Assembly (NCBI GenBank): GCA_030704615.1
Contig: CM060731.1
Location: 23,808,001-23,872,000, forward strand
Length of the DNA stretch: 64,000 bases
DNA from: Takakia lepidozioides
Taxonomy: Eukaryota > Plantae > Bryophyta
Direction of reading: 5' to 3'
This document shows, in pieces, positions 23,277 through 35,701 of the stretch; the first letter of the stretch is position 1, and the number at the start of each line of letters is the position of its first letter. A program made the position numbers and the translations under genes. The notes under the pieces are model-generated. The model searched no databases, was not told the DNA's origin, and saw only the letters and a list, made by a program, of their open reading frames with translations.

Positions 23277-25986
23277 TACCTAGAGCTATGGAGATGAGAG
23301 AGGCTCATGGAGGCTCAACTACAAGAAGATGAGCCCTCCTCAAAACTCAGGGAAAAACCCCTTTCCAATGTCCCAAGTGAGGCTTGACACCTCACTTGGC
23401 ATATGAGACCAAATGAAGTCCCAACACACAAAATACAAATATAAATATCCAAAATGTCCTAGTTAACTAGAAGTAGGTAATTCTAGTTAACCATGACTAA
23501 AACCATGACAAGGTTTTTACTGTGTGGGGGTCGGACAGGCTATTGGCGGTGGTGGGTTGTTGCTTCGTTTGCGCGTCATCGATGGTCCATGGGCTCTGGT
23601 TGCTGTGTTGCAGGTTGTTGAGGTTGCTTTGACATGGGGATGGGCTGGGAGTGGGTTTCATCTTTTTTTTGGGGTCATTGTTGTTTCTTTGGGAAGGGGG
23701 GAGTTGCAGCTTGGTTGGTTGGTTTGTTGAGGGGATGCTTGTTGCTTTGGGGCGGGGGGGGGGTTGTCTGCATTATGGGCAGATTTGGGATCCCCCCAGA
23801 GTTCTTGGGCATTCTTCTCTGTATTTCATGGTAAAGGGTGGGGCCTGCATGCACTGTTCATGTGAAGGTTGTTGGTTCATGGCAGTTGGCGCCTATACTG
23901 AATGTTACAGGGTGCTACAATTTTCGCTTCCAGGAAGCCCTTCACGGCTACGTGGCCCGGAAATCCCACCGGAAACGTATAGCCGGTCCGGCCATTGAAT
24001 GCCTGAGTAGGACTTCACCGAAAATTTCACCTAAATGAAAATCTTGATTTGAGTTTTCGAATTTTCATGGCTTGTGGGTAGTGGGGCACTCCACCTTTCT
24101 ACCGCAGGAATTTTGATTCCATTGTAAAATTCCCCTTCTCCTGGGTGTTTCCAGTTTGTAGAGTACTTTTGGCTCCATTTACCCCCCCCCTTGTTTTCAC
24201 ATAGGATCCGACCCCCTCCCAAACTTGGAATTTGGATGTGAAATTTTGTTTGAGTGTCCTGCATTCAGAATGTGGAGAGGGCATTTCACCAGGAAAAATA
24301 AAAAACATTGGGCAAATCCTTGCTCAAAGGAAAAAATGCTAGGTGAAATATGATGGATTTGAAAAAACAACAATACAAAATTGTTATAATATAGCAATTG
24401 GAACGGTCAAACACTCTGAAATTTTGTAGGTAGGAAGATGCAGTAGGTACGATGGAAGTTGTAAGGTTCATTTCCCTGGATGTTTGGGGCCAGGGAGATA
24501 TGCCCTCATCCGTGAAGGTATATCCGTTTCCCACCCAAAAACTGCTCGTGGTTTAAGGGGTTAACAGAGGCTAACAGTCTACCCTCTTTGAGCGGAAACT
24601 GGTGTGCGCGGCCAGAGGGGCCGTTCTTCTCTGACGTTGTTGGTTGGTTGGCTCTACGAGTCTTCCGTGGGTATTCTTCCTGCTGGGGAGTCTGAGAATC
24701 CAGTAAGTACTCTTCACCCACATTGCTGAATCGGGGTCGTTGGTTAGAGTTAAAGAAATTTCCTTGAAGATTTCATCTGCCAAGGTAGTGTCAAGTTACC
24801 CATTTGTTCTGAGATGTGGAGTCGGTTGCTGTCTCTTTGATCTGCGTTCATCGACTATGTTTTGACGTGTTTGAAGTGTCGATGTATTTGTGGGTCTGTC
24901 GCAAAGCGGCAGTAGTCGTCTCTTGTTCTCGTCTGAGACGGCATTGGAGCGCATTGTAGACCGCCGACCGTGCGTGTAATGCGTACGTGTCTGTGTGTGT
25001 GGGTGTGACGAGACAGGCACTCAAGGGATTTGACCGGTGGTGTATTTTTTGTTTCTTTTCATCCAGATCTCACACCAGATTTGCAAGAAGGTTTTGGTGT
25101 TCTTCCAGACCTGGTGCTTTTTCCCTCTTCCCGATTTCAAGACATTTTATTTAGGGAGAAATCCTCTAGAAGCTATGGTTGCAAATGGCGATGCACCTCC
25201 AGGATACGAGTGCCAGCCATTGATTGGTACGTTCTCTCTACATACCCGTGTTTTCTTTTTGGTGATTGATAATTTAACGCATTTAGGTCTCTGCTTGTCA
25301 AACGTCATCACATCATTAGGTTTTTTGTAGTGATTGTTCACTCCTGCCGGATTCATTGCTGTGTAGTCCAAGCACATGGGAAAGCTGGAAATGAGCTATC
25401 AGTCCACAGTAACCTGCATAACTGTCCAGTGTTCAGTCGTCAGTGTTTTTCGGGCAGACTGTTTGTCTTATTCTAACCAATCACGGGGAGTTTCAACACA
25501 AAATTTGATTTGGGCTCAGACTAGGTGGCTTAATGTAGTCATCAGATTTGGATTGAGGACACCAAGCTATATTGAAAGTGAGAAGAAAAACAATTGAGTT
25601 CCTTGTGCCACTGGGCAGGTAGCTGCCTGGATCTCTCTAAGTAAGGGTAGCTTAAACATAGATCCCTGGCTAGTGGCGATTGCTTAGACAATGCTGCAAG
25701 GTGATTCTGCAGTGAAATTCTAGAAGCTAATTGAAGCTGGAATTGATGTCTAAAAGAGTACGTTGTAACCAATGCACGCAGAGCCATACTGGAGTCTATA
25801 GGAAGGTGCTCACATTAAGATCAAAGTCCTTGTTGTATAAAGTGTGAACTGGTAAATGCAGGTTGTTAGCTATAACTGTATCAGCACTCACACTATAGTG
25901 AAAAAATCGTGATTCTGTATTCTAAAGTCTGCGGAGCATCTGCGGAGTTGCCTGTCAAAGCAGGCACAGAAGGAAAAGAAGGATGC

Positions 25987-28021
25987 ATGGCCAACGATTT
26001 TCACTGGTCTGAAACGGATGAACCGCACGCTAGTAGACGCAAGCAGATCCTGGCAGCACATCCCGAAATCAGGGACTTGTTCGGACCTGATCCATGGGCC
26101 TTTCCACAGGTAATCAAGACAATGTACACATATTGACTTCTGTGATCTCCTTTCTTCCCCCATGGTTCCTCTTAGTCACCTCCGTAGGCCTTTCCAGGCA
26201 GATTCTAAGTAATGGAGCTTTCCTCACAGGTAAACCCTAAAATTGAATGCGTGCAATCTCAAAGTGCGTCATAAAACGCATTTAGGTGCTCGCCCTGCAT
26301 TCTACGTCCTTCGTTTAATGCCTTAATTTGTAGTGTTTGTTAGTCATAGGGAGAGAGAAGGAGCTATTTTTTTCATTATCCTACATCAAGGGCCTAATTT
26401 GTGGTATTAGAAGGAAAATATAGGTCAAGTACCAAAGTACCTTACTTTTGGATCTGACTTTCTCTGAAATCTCCAGCCAATCAATCCATCTGATACTATG
26501 GGTACAATGAACGGTGAACGACAACTCTTCAACAGATAATGAGAAGGATGGGTAAGAGAAGGCTGGAAAAATTCCATTAAGCAGTTTAAAGAAGTTTGCT
26601 TCAACGAAACGTATTCACTGTTGGTGGATGTTAGATGCGATTGTGCAACTTGAAATTTATCTTCAGTCCTAATAGCAACACCGATGTCAGTAAATAAAAC
26701 AAGAGAGGTACAGTTTTGTATAAATATCTGGGTGACAAACACAGTAGGTGTGAGGAAGGAGGAGGAGATATGCAGATGAAAATGTGTTAGCAGACACAGA
26801 GGCACAAGGTGGGATCCTAAAGAGAGGTTGCACAGGCATGAATAAACTGCACACCTACTCTACTAGCCTGTCTACCATCAAAGGGTCACATCTTTGTAAT
26901 CATGCCTATTCTGTATTGTTGTGTGTGTGCTTCCACTTTATTGAGGGTGCATGATGTGTATGTGGTTCCAGATGTGGATTTTCCCCCATAGCACTAATTT
27001 TTCTGGTTCCTCGTCTGGCAGATTGTGGCAGTTGTTCTCTTACAGACATGGACAGCAACAATTATCCAACACACGGGATGGCCAATCCTTTTAGCTGTGG
27101 CCTATTGCTTTGGGGCATTCCTAAACCATAACTTGTTTCTTGCGATCCATGAGCTAAGTCACAACCTTGCATTCTCTAAACCTCTCCACAATCGACTTCT
27201 TGGGGTGTTTGCAAATCTACCAATCAGTATCCCGATGTCCATCACCTTCCAGAAGTACCACCTTGAGCATCACAGGTTCCAAGGGGTTGAGGGTTTTGAC
27301 ATGGATATCCCAAGCTATTTGGAAGGTCGTGTAGTGACAAACATGTTTTTAAAGATCTTGTGGGTGGTGTGTCAGCTCTTTTTCTATGCGCTCCGACCCC
27401 TCTTTCTGAATCCTAAGCCTCCAGGCCTCTGGGAAGTTGGCAATTTGGTCATTCAATTGACATTTGATGCTGCAGTAGTCCACTTTGTTGGGTCAAAAGC
27501 TTTGGTATATCTTATACTCTCAACATTTCTTGGAGGAGGCATGCACCCAATGGCGGGACACTTCATAGCAGAGCACTATGTATTTTCGAAGGGTCAAGAG
27601 ACATACTCATACTACGGGCCTCTCAATATGTTGGCCTGGAATGTTGGGTACCACAATGAGCACCATGATTTTCCCCGGATTCCTGGCAGTCGGCTTTATA
27701 AGGTAAGCTTAATGCCTCCTGAGCAGATGTACATTGTAGATATATTTTTGTTGCTACTTCTTTAATACCCCTTATTAAAAGTCAATGGTGGACCTGGCAA
27801 TGTCGAGTTTGAAGTTGTTTTAAGGATAGAAGTCCAAGGAATGGGACTAACTTGTAAGAGAGTCTGTGGAAATGAAGGTGAAGCAAATTGCACCAGAGTT
27901 TTACGACAGCCTGGCAAGTTACACATCTTGGACATATGTTATCTACGGCTACATCACAGATCCTACAGTTGGGCCCTTCAGCAGAGTAAGGAGGAAACCA
28001 CAGCAAGCAAAGCTCGATTGA
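25987..28021 (+). CDS. DES1: Sphingolipid delta-4 desaturase (DES1-like), 3 exons: 25987-26109, 27022-27702, 27878-28021 (~315 aa)
   Basis: N-terminal DFHWSETDEPHASRRKQIL and histidine boxes HELSH, HLEHH, HNEHH. GT-AG phase-0 introns. C-terminal VKQIAPEFYD...GPFSRVRR. The true start may lie further upstream. Confidence 0.95.
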
Positions 28022-28253
28022 TTGGTTGTGGAACCCTGCACTCGGGCCTTTTAGAAACAGGAGGTCTTTTGGACCTACTTTACTTTTGGATCTTCACTAC
28101 CTCTGTACTGCACTTGGCACTTGGCACTTCTTCATCAGGCAGACCTCCTGAGGTGGGATTATTTATTTCGTTTTGAATCACTCAGAAGTGGAAAGCTTGG
28201 CAATCAGAAGGCTGCTTCATTGGCTAACATTGTAGCATCTGTGGGTTGGCCAG

Positions 28254-28640
28254 TTGTATCTTGAGTTTCTGGAGAAGTTTGAGCGAAAGTTTGTGGTGCA
28301 AGGCCCATACGATACTCGGGATATTTTCCAATCTCTCGACCTTGGCTGGTCACTGTTGCGTATTTTCCCCCGCGAGCTTCTTTGTCGGATACCTGCTAAG
28401 ACCCTTGACGAGTTCTATAGCCGGGACTCAGACCACTAAACAGTGGCTGGAGTAGGGATTGCCTTTTCTGTCCTATGTAGTGGAGAAAGTTTGAGCAGAA
28501 CTCATATCACGTGGAGGCCATACAATCCTCAGGATATTTTCCACTCTTTTGACGTAGTTCCTGTTACCTCATTTCCCCTGGACACTTACTTCACGGACAC
28601 CTGCTATCACTCGACAAGTTCTATAGCTGGGACTCAAAAA
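28254..28640 (+). pseudogene. VHA-B: Orphan C-terminal fragment of V-ATPase subunit B plus a second degenerate tandem copy
   Basis: [58 protein letters not shown] at 28254-28439. A diverged copy lies at ~28480-28640. Confidence 0.85.
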
Positions 28641-28756
28641 CCACGATTACGTGGCTTGGGTGGGATTTGCCTTTTGTCTCTTGTATTCCATTGCTTCTGT
28701 TTATGCTGCAAGGCGTTACTACTCTTGTGTTTCATTGTATCATTGTAAGGGCCCTA

Positions 28757-29474
28757 TTACCATTGAATCCAGAGGGGGTGGACATCACATCCAGACATGA
28801 CCGCAACAGACTCATTAGGAGAGAGCTTATGGAATTACATGTCAAGAGAACTTGGAAGCTACCCAATCTCACGACAAAGCTCCACTTCTATCGAGAGACA
28901 TTCTTGGTGCTCCGAGATGATAGAATCTTGAGGCCAAATTACATTTCAGAATCCTTATCTCCTTCCCTCCTGAGGGCATTGGGGTGGTTCAGGGTGGGTT
29001 CCCACAACCTATGGATAGCGACTGGAAGATGGGAAACCTGCAACGAGAGGACCGCCTTTGTCCAGCTTGCATGGGGCGCAGCCGGGAAATTGAAACTGAA
29101 GAACAATTCTTCTTCTACTGCCCTCTATACTACGAGATCCGCGGGAGATTCCACTGTCTATTCAGTGGAACCCAATCTCTCACTGAAGTCTTCCACTATG
29201 AGGATCAGAAATGCTTGGCAGCTTACCTGCACGAGGCCTTCACCCGTAGACAATCACTAGAACATTAGTTCTTATTCTTGGGTTCTGGTTTTTCTTCCTC
29301 TCATGTTTTTTTCCTTCCATTTTGTCCCATAAGCTCAATGAGCTTTCTGCAGACGTTATAAAGCACCATTTCATTTCATTTCATTTCATTTCATTTCATT
29401 TCATTTCATTTCATTTCATTTCATTTCATTTCATTTCATTTCATTTCATTTCATTTCATTTCATTTCATTTCAT
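28757..29474 (+). mobile_element. 5'-truncated LINE (RTEX-like) 3' end with (CATTT)~21 tail
   Basis: Matches 35076-35701. Reads FRVGSHNL..TGRWE...RLCPAC...E.EEQFFFYCPLYY, with the tail at 29367-29474. Confidence 0.9.
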
Positions 29475-30680
29475 GTTAAAGTAATGGTATCCTTATTTCG
29501 GTCCACAATAAATTTGTGTTTGTGTTATGGGATTCTGTATGTATCCTATCTTGTTACCTGAGTAAATTATGATCTACTTTTGCTCTATGAAAATCAGCAT
29601 TTGTGTGTTCTGGGATCTGTTCCAGCTGTGATGACGAGCTGTTGTGTATCAGCAGGTAAGAGTGACTAAATGTGATAGTCATATACTCTTGAGGTATGTT
29701 TGGTCCTACTGAGAACTAAGATTGTGCTTGTAGGATTCTTGGGTTTGTCATAGTCCGGTAGTTAGCTGTTGAGACTAGCGTCTTCTGTAGTATGGGGAGG
29801 AGTTCCATAATAGTAAACTGGTTTGCTGCCCAATACAGCAAAGGCAGTGAGTTTCCTAGTTGGTGGATTGAATGTCATGTCAAAGAGCTGCAAAACTTCT
29901 TACTACAAAATCAAAACTTTCCAATGTCAAGAACACAAACGAGGATTGGTAGCAGGTGTTGCCTGGTTATGCTCACTGTAGGATTCATATACATGAGCAG
30001 CAACAGAACAGACACCTGCACAATGACCGTCTACAATTCCCATCTCTATAAAAGTAACCGGAAGGAAAAGGGAGGAGATTGAACCACGAGACTGCCAATG
30101 AGGCAGATTTGTTTGTATGAGCTCAACTGAAACAAATTCTGCGATTTCTTATGTAATGATACGGATGGTAGAGGAGTTGCAACCTGCCTGGTGCCCCGCC
30201 TGCCCGGTGCCCAAAATGGATTAGAAGAGAGGCTGGGAATCTGGCTGCTGTCCGTAACTTCACTCACTTCTCGGCGCTATGGTACGCATGCACACCTGCT
30301 CATCTCAATCGGACTTTCTGCTCTCATGCAAAGAAAGAATTAAGGAACGAGAATGACAGAAGGAAGAATCAGAGGAATGTAGAGACTGGTGTGCTGAGGT
30401 GAAAACACTTTTTTTTCGGTTCTCGCATCAATTGTAGCCTCTTTTCTTCTTTCTCGTGAGCATTTGCAGTGCTATTTATCATTTGTCCAACATGGACTGC
30501 GGAATAGGAGAAGAAGATGATTAGGTGACAGTTTGGGATCTCCGTGAAGGCTGGTTTGTGTGAACATCGTCAAGACAGCATAGAATTCTCACCCGTAAGA
30601 TAGTCTCGTGGTGAAAGTATTCTGAGTGTGTTTTATCAGCTGAGGGGCTCAAAGATGCGTAGCATACTCTGATTTTCTAG

Positions 30681-32181
30681 GTTGTTGGGGGAGGGGAATA
30701 GGAAAGAGCACTGGGGTGACGTGCTTGAGCGACAATTGGAGCAGTCCAAAGACGGGTGCAGTGGGACCGCAACGGTTCAAGGAGACTGCTGTTCCTGGGA
30801 CCTACTGGGGTGACAGGTGCGGTAGATGCCCATACAGACTTTGTTCCACTGTGATGCCGCTGCGTCGTGGGCGCATTCTTGACAGAGCGCAGCTTCATTG
30901 AATGTTGGCTGGTATCGCATTTTAGCTCGCTGACTTGCAGTCTCTTTCATTCCTACAGGTTCTTACTGCATGTTTCTGATGGATGCCCTTGCGGGATGAC
31001 ATTTTCTTTGTGCAGTGATGAATCAGGGGAGAAGGTGTCTGTGAAATTCACTACTGGTTCTAAGAATGTAATCATACTTTTCTTTATACCATCCTGCTGG
31101 TGGATTTTGATCACTCTATCTTTGCTTCTCTTTTAGGGACCTGAAATATCTCTTTTTAAACCTTGATCAAATACATTGAACACTTGCTACCACTAGATGT
31201 GGACCTGATGGCTGTGAAAAATGGATCTTGAGAGTACACGTAGGAGTGAGAGATAACCAAATTGCAACTTGTGCAGGCAACCTCTTTTTCAGTACATGCA
31301 AAAAATGACAAGGTTGCATTACAATGCAGACTGATTTACACGGTGGTCCAACTAGAAGTTCTAACTACCTTCTATACTTGCCTTACAGGTCACAGTGGCT
31401 GCCAGGGCAGGTGAGAACCTACTCAAAGTTGCAGAGAAATGTGGAGTTATGGTTCCAGACAAAGTGAGTGACCGTTTCAGCCCCATGTTCATTAAATCAT
31501 GTTATAGCCGAAAGGGTTTCTATTTATGCAGTCATTTCAGGGGTATCATTTCATGTTTTCTGTTGTTCCTGAATAGAAAATTTTGAGCAATACAACAACA
31601 AACCAGAAAGCAGAGCAGGCCAAAGTTTGAAGGAGGTGGAGAGGAATGGGTCTACAGAAAGATCTGAAATCTTTGTTAGCATTTGATCAGATTCATCTTT
31701 TGATTGTATGTTTGATTCATTATGTTTCTTTGTGATGGTGAATACCTGCTCTGTGGTGGGCATGTTGCGCAGGACTTCTGCTTTGAAGGAACATGCTGTC
31801 ACTGTGAGATCAAAGTAGTAGGTGGGGCAAAGGAGGTCCTTTTCCTCTCTCTCCCAGTTTGAAGCTCCTATCTGAACCAGTTAATGTCCCTTGATTTGTA
31901 TGTCCTCCAAAAGCCACCATCACCAAGTAATTATGATGGTTGTTTAGTCTCGAAGTGTTAGGAGATGAGGAATAAAAGAGGTTTACAAGTTACTCATGGA
32001 AGGTTACTCATGGCAGGTCTTGGCATCTCATGAAAGTAGTGAAATTTTGAAGAGCTTTATTTATACGCATGCCTCTGCCATATTCAGGTTTGACTTACTG
32101 CTCACTGTCTGGGGAGGTGCACAGGTGGGCTATCGAGCTGATGCTACTGCAGGAGCCTTAGTGCGCAGCTGCATTTGCCCG
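30681..32181 (+). CDS. 2Fe-2S ferredoxin-like protein, partial model (exons 30681-30816, 31016-31067, 31389-31463, 31773-31835, 32125-32181); first and last exons unresolved
   Basis: In-phase GT-AG exons give VSVKFTTGSKN-VTVAARAGENLLKVAEKCGVMVPDK-DFCFEGTCCHCEIKVV...LVRSCICP, a Cx4Cx2C...C motif. Confidence 0.8.
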
Positions 32182-32749
32182 GTAATTGCCTCACTGGTAT
32201 CTGTCTGATCTGTGAGATGTCTCGTTAATTTGGGGTTGTATGATCATTGTCTTGCACGTTGTGCACAGTGCATTTATGGAGGGTATACCCTGCTTATCAG
32301 TGAGAGTTTATACCACATTGGCCTATCTATGTGTCAACTTACTCTGCCACTATTTGGCAGCATTTCAATGATGATTGAATTCTTGTCTAAGTTCAGGGAC
32401 TTCTTTTGATTGTCAATTGGAAAGTCCCAAATGCTATTATTTTGAGGCTCAGATTTTGTTTGCCGTAGCCTTGTGGCCATCGACCCTGCGCTCATTTTGA
32501 GCGGAACACAAAGGGACAGAAACTACCTTTGTCAGGGGCTGACCCCGGTAGTATGACTTACCTCGGAGAATGAGAGCTAGGAGGATTTTGAGAGTCACAA
32601 ACAAAGCAAGAGAGTTAAAAGTGCATCTTTGCCTTTGGGTTTGGTGGGTTTGCAGTATGAAAATATAACTGTGCTATGGACCAATGCTATGAAGCATTTG
32701 CCAAACTATTTCCAGAAAGGGTAGGTAACTCTTCGTGATTACAGATTTA

Positions 32750-35701
32750 CCACGCTTCCCCACCTTTTTTACATCCTCTTTTTCCTGCCTTTAGGCCTCT
32801 CATGGATGGCCTTTTCTTTCTTTGTTTTTTCGACCTTCTACTGATGACAAGGCTACCCATCTAACACACGCTCTGTGGGACTCAGCCCTACGTTCCTTTC
32901 CAGTCACCCTCCCATCTACCTCCTCACCCCTCTCCACTCGTAGATATGCACCTTTTTATGACGAAGAATGCGAAGTGGCTAGACGTCACATCAAATCTTT
33001 ACTCCTAGATATCCATTCCTCTCCACATTCCAAAAACCTTGCTCTCAAGCACTATAAGTCCCTCATTAGATCCAAAAAGAGAGCCTACACTCTCAAGCTG
33101 CAATCTACTTTCCTTCCAAAAGTCAGATTTTCTCCTCGTTCTTTTTGGTCCCTCCTTAAACCTCACAGAGACCCACCTGCGATCAATGACATTCACGTCT
33201 GGCATGAGTATGCCCAGTCATTGTATCATTCCCCACACCAATCTCCCTCTCCCATAACCTCTAAACCCCTACACTTTTCTCTCTTTACTACAACCAACGT
33301 CAGCAAGGCAATCAAGAAGCTGCAAAATGGCAGGGCATTGGATATTTTAGGGCTACAGGGTGAATTCATCAAGGACGCAGCACCCACTTTGGCCCCGTTT
33401 ATAGCTTACCTCTTCAATGAGGCAGTGCAACATGGTTTTCCAACAGAGTGGACAAAGAGCATCATCCACCCCCTCTTCAAGAGCGGTGACAGGCTCGCAC
33501 CGACCAACTATCGCACAATCATGGTGTCATCGTTATTGGCTAAGCTGTTTGGGGCAGTAGTGGCCATGGAGTTGGATGATTGGGCTGAATCCTCTCACAT
33601 ACGTGCTAAAGGACAAGCTGGTTTCCGTCGCAACAGATCCACTCTTGACCACATTTTCACCCTTCAGGTTATGGTGGAACGAGTTAGCTTTGACAAAAAA
33701 CTCTGCGTCTGCTTCGTTGACTTTCACAAGGCTTTTGATTCCGTTCCTCGTGACCTTCTTTTCCAATGGCTCGATAGGGTGGGAGTCCCACAGTACATTC
33801 TCTATGCTATTTCCTCCATGTATGAGATCGTCACTGGCATGGTCAATGTCGCAAGGGAATTCTCAGCTGAGGTCCATAGCAACATTGGGGTCAAACAGGG
33901 CTGCCCCCTCTCACCTACCCTGTTTGGAATCTACATTGGCGCCTTAGAAAACTACATCTCAAAACACCATGGAGTTGGAGTGCCATTGGATGGAGGACCA
34001 ACACAATCAGATCTCCTCTATGCGGATGATGTTGCCCTTTTGGCACAATTTCCTGTCTTCCTACATCGCCATCTTCACATCCTGGAACGGTTCTCCAAAG
34101 ACTATGGGCTACAAGTCAACCTTAGCAAAACCAAGATCATGGTTTTTAATGGGCAGGCCGACCACAAATTCTTCCTCAACAACCAGGAGGTTGAAATAGT
34201 CAAGTCCTACCGGTATCTGGGTCTGGTTATCCACTCCCCCAAATTCCAGTTTGGAGCAACTGCCCTGGACAGATTGACAAAAGGCAAGGCAGCCTCCATC
34301 TGCCTTCAGGCCAAATGCAAACAGATCCACCTGCGCCATCCACCTACCAAGAAGTGGCTGTTTGATAGCCCATCCTGCTTGCATGGCATGATTTGGAAAT
34401 CATCCACTGCTACTGAAGTTGATGCTACCAGGACACTTGGTAGTGTTACAGGGTTTACCTCTTGAGTAGATGGCCCTGCTGTGGCCTGTACCAGTGTCTG
34501 TTGGTTTGGTGGTGGTTGTGTTGCTGGTGGTGTTTGTGTTGGTGTTGTTGTTGTTGATTGTATTGGTGTCTCTCGTTCGTGATCTTGCTCCTCTGGATCC
34601 TCTTCGTCCATGAGTTCCTCTTGTTCTGGAATTGGTGGCAGGAACTCCTCATGAATGTTTGTCACCAATTTCGCCAACTGGCACTTCATCTGCCTCACCA
34701 TTGCCCTGTTGAGTTTCTTCAGGTGGTCACCCCAAATGCCACTTTCGGTTGTGAATTTTGGGCACCAATGGTCCCAGTTTCCTGGTGGGAAAAGAATCTG
34801 GAACCATTGCAGTCATCTTTCCTCCAAGCAATGCTTGGCGCCAGAGGCACAACTCCATCTCACATACTGAATGCAGAATTTGCCTGTGTGCCACTTCAAA
34901 CTGAGGCCCTCTTCCGGCTTACAATTTTCCTGCATAGGTTACAAGCCCTTCCCCCCAAGGGACTTGTGGCCAGGGCCCTCACAACATCTATGACACTCAA
35001 ACATGCAGGCTTCAAATCCTAGTATGCTCGTGTGGATACCTTTTTTGAACGCCATGGACTCTCTATTGCTTCACTTTTGCCAGTGAACCCAGAAGGGGTG
35101 ATCATCACATCCAAGCACGACCGCAACCAACTCATCAGAAAGGAGCTCATGGAGCTACATGTCAGGAGAACTTGGAAGTTACCCAACCTCACGACAAAGC
35201 TCCAATTCTATAGAGAAACATTCCTGGTTCTCCGAGATGATAGAATCTTGCGGCCCAATTACCTTTCGGCCTCTTTATCTCCTTCTCTCCTGAGGGCTTT
35301 GGGGCGGTTCAGGGTGGGCTCCCACAACCTGCGGATAGATACTGGCAGATGGGAAAACCTGCAGCGGGAGGACCGGCTCTGTCCAGCTTGCATAGGGCGC
35401 AACCAGGAAATTGAAACTGAAGATCACTTCTTCTTCTATTGCCCCCTATACTATGAGATACATGGGAGATTCCATTGTCTATTCCGTGGAACCCAATCTC
35501 TCACTGAGGTCTTTCACTATGAAGATCAGAAATGTTTGGCAGCCTACCTGCACGAGGCGTTCACCCTAGACAATCACTAGAACAATAGTTCTTATCTCTC
35601 TGGCTTCCTGTTGTCTCTCATGTTTTTCTTTCCATTTTGTCCCATAAGCTCTATGAGCTTTCCGCGGACCTTATAAAGCACCATTTCATTTCATTTCATT
35701 T
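32750..35701 (+). mobile_element. LINE (RTEX-like), 5'-truncated, RT intact up to an insertion, (CATTT)4 tail
   Basis: ORF 32822-34465 has NYRTI, QAGFR, FVDFHKAFDSV, GVKQGCPLSPTLF, LYADD and YLG. A C-terminal CCHC region lies at 35032-35580. No endonuclease domain was seen. The 5' limit is approximate. Confidence 0.92.
34371..34723 (-). other. ~350-bp foreign insert interrupting the LINE ORF
   Basis: Removing it joins KKWLFDS to LVTPNATFGCEFW. The insert is open on the minus strand (acidic, Thr/Pro/Gln-rich). No TSD was seen. Confidence 0.7.

Noticed and set aside
25175-25230. ATG exon MVANGDAPPGYECQPLI with a donor site as the first DES exon
   Set aside because: I found no phase-compatible acceptor joining it to the DES frame; transcript data are needed.
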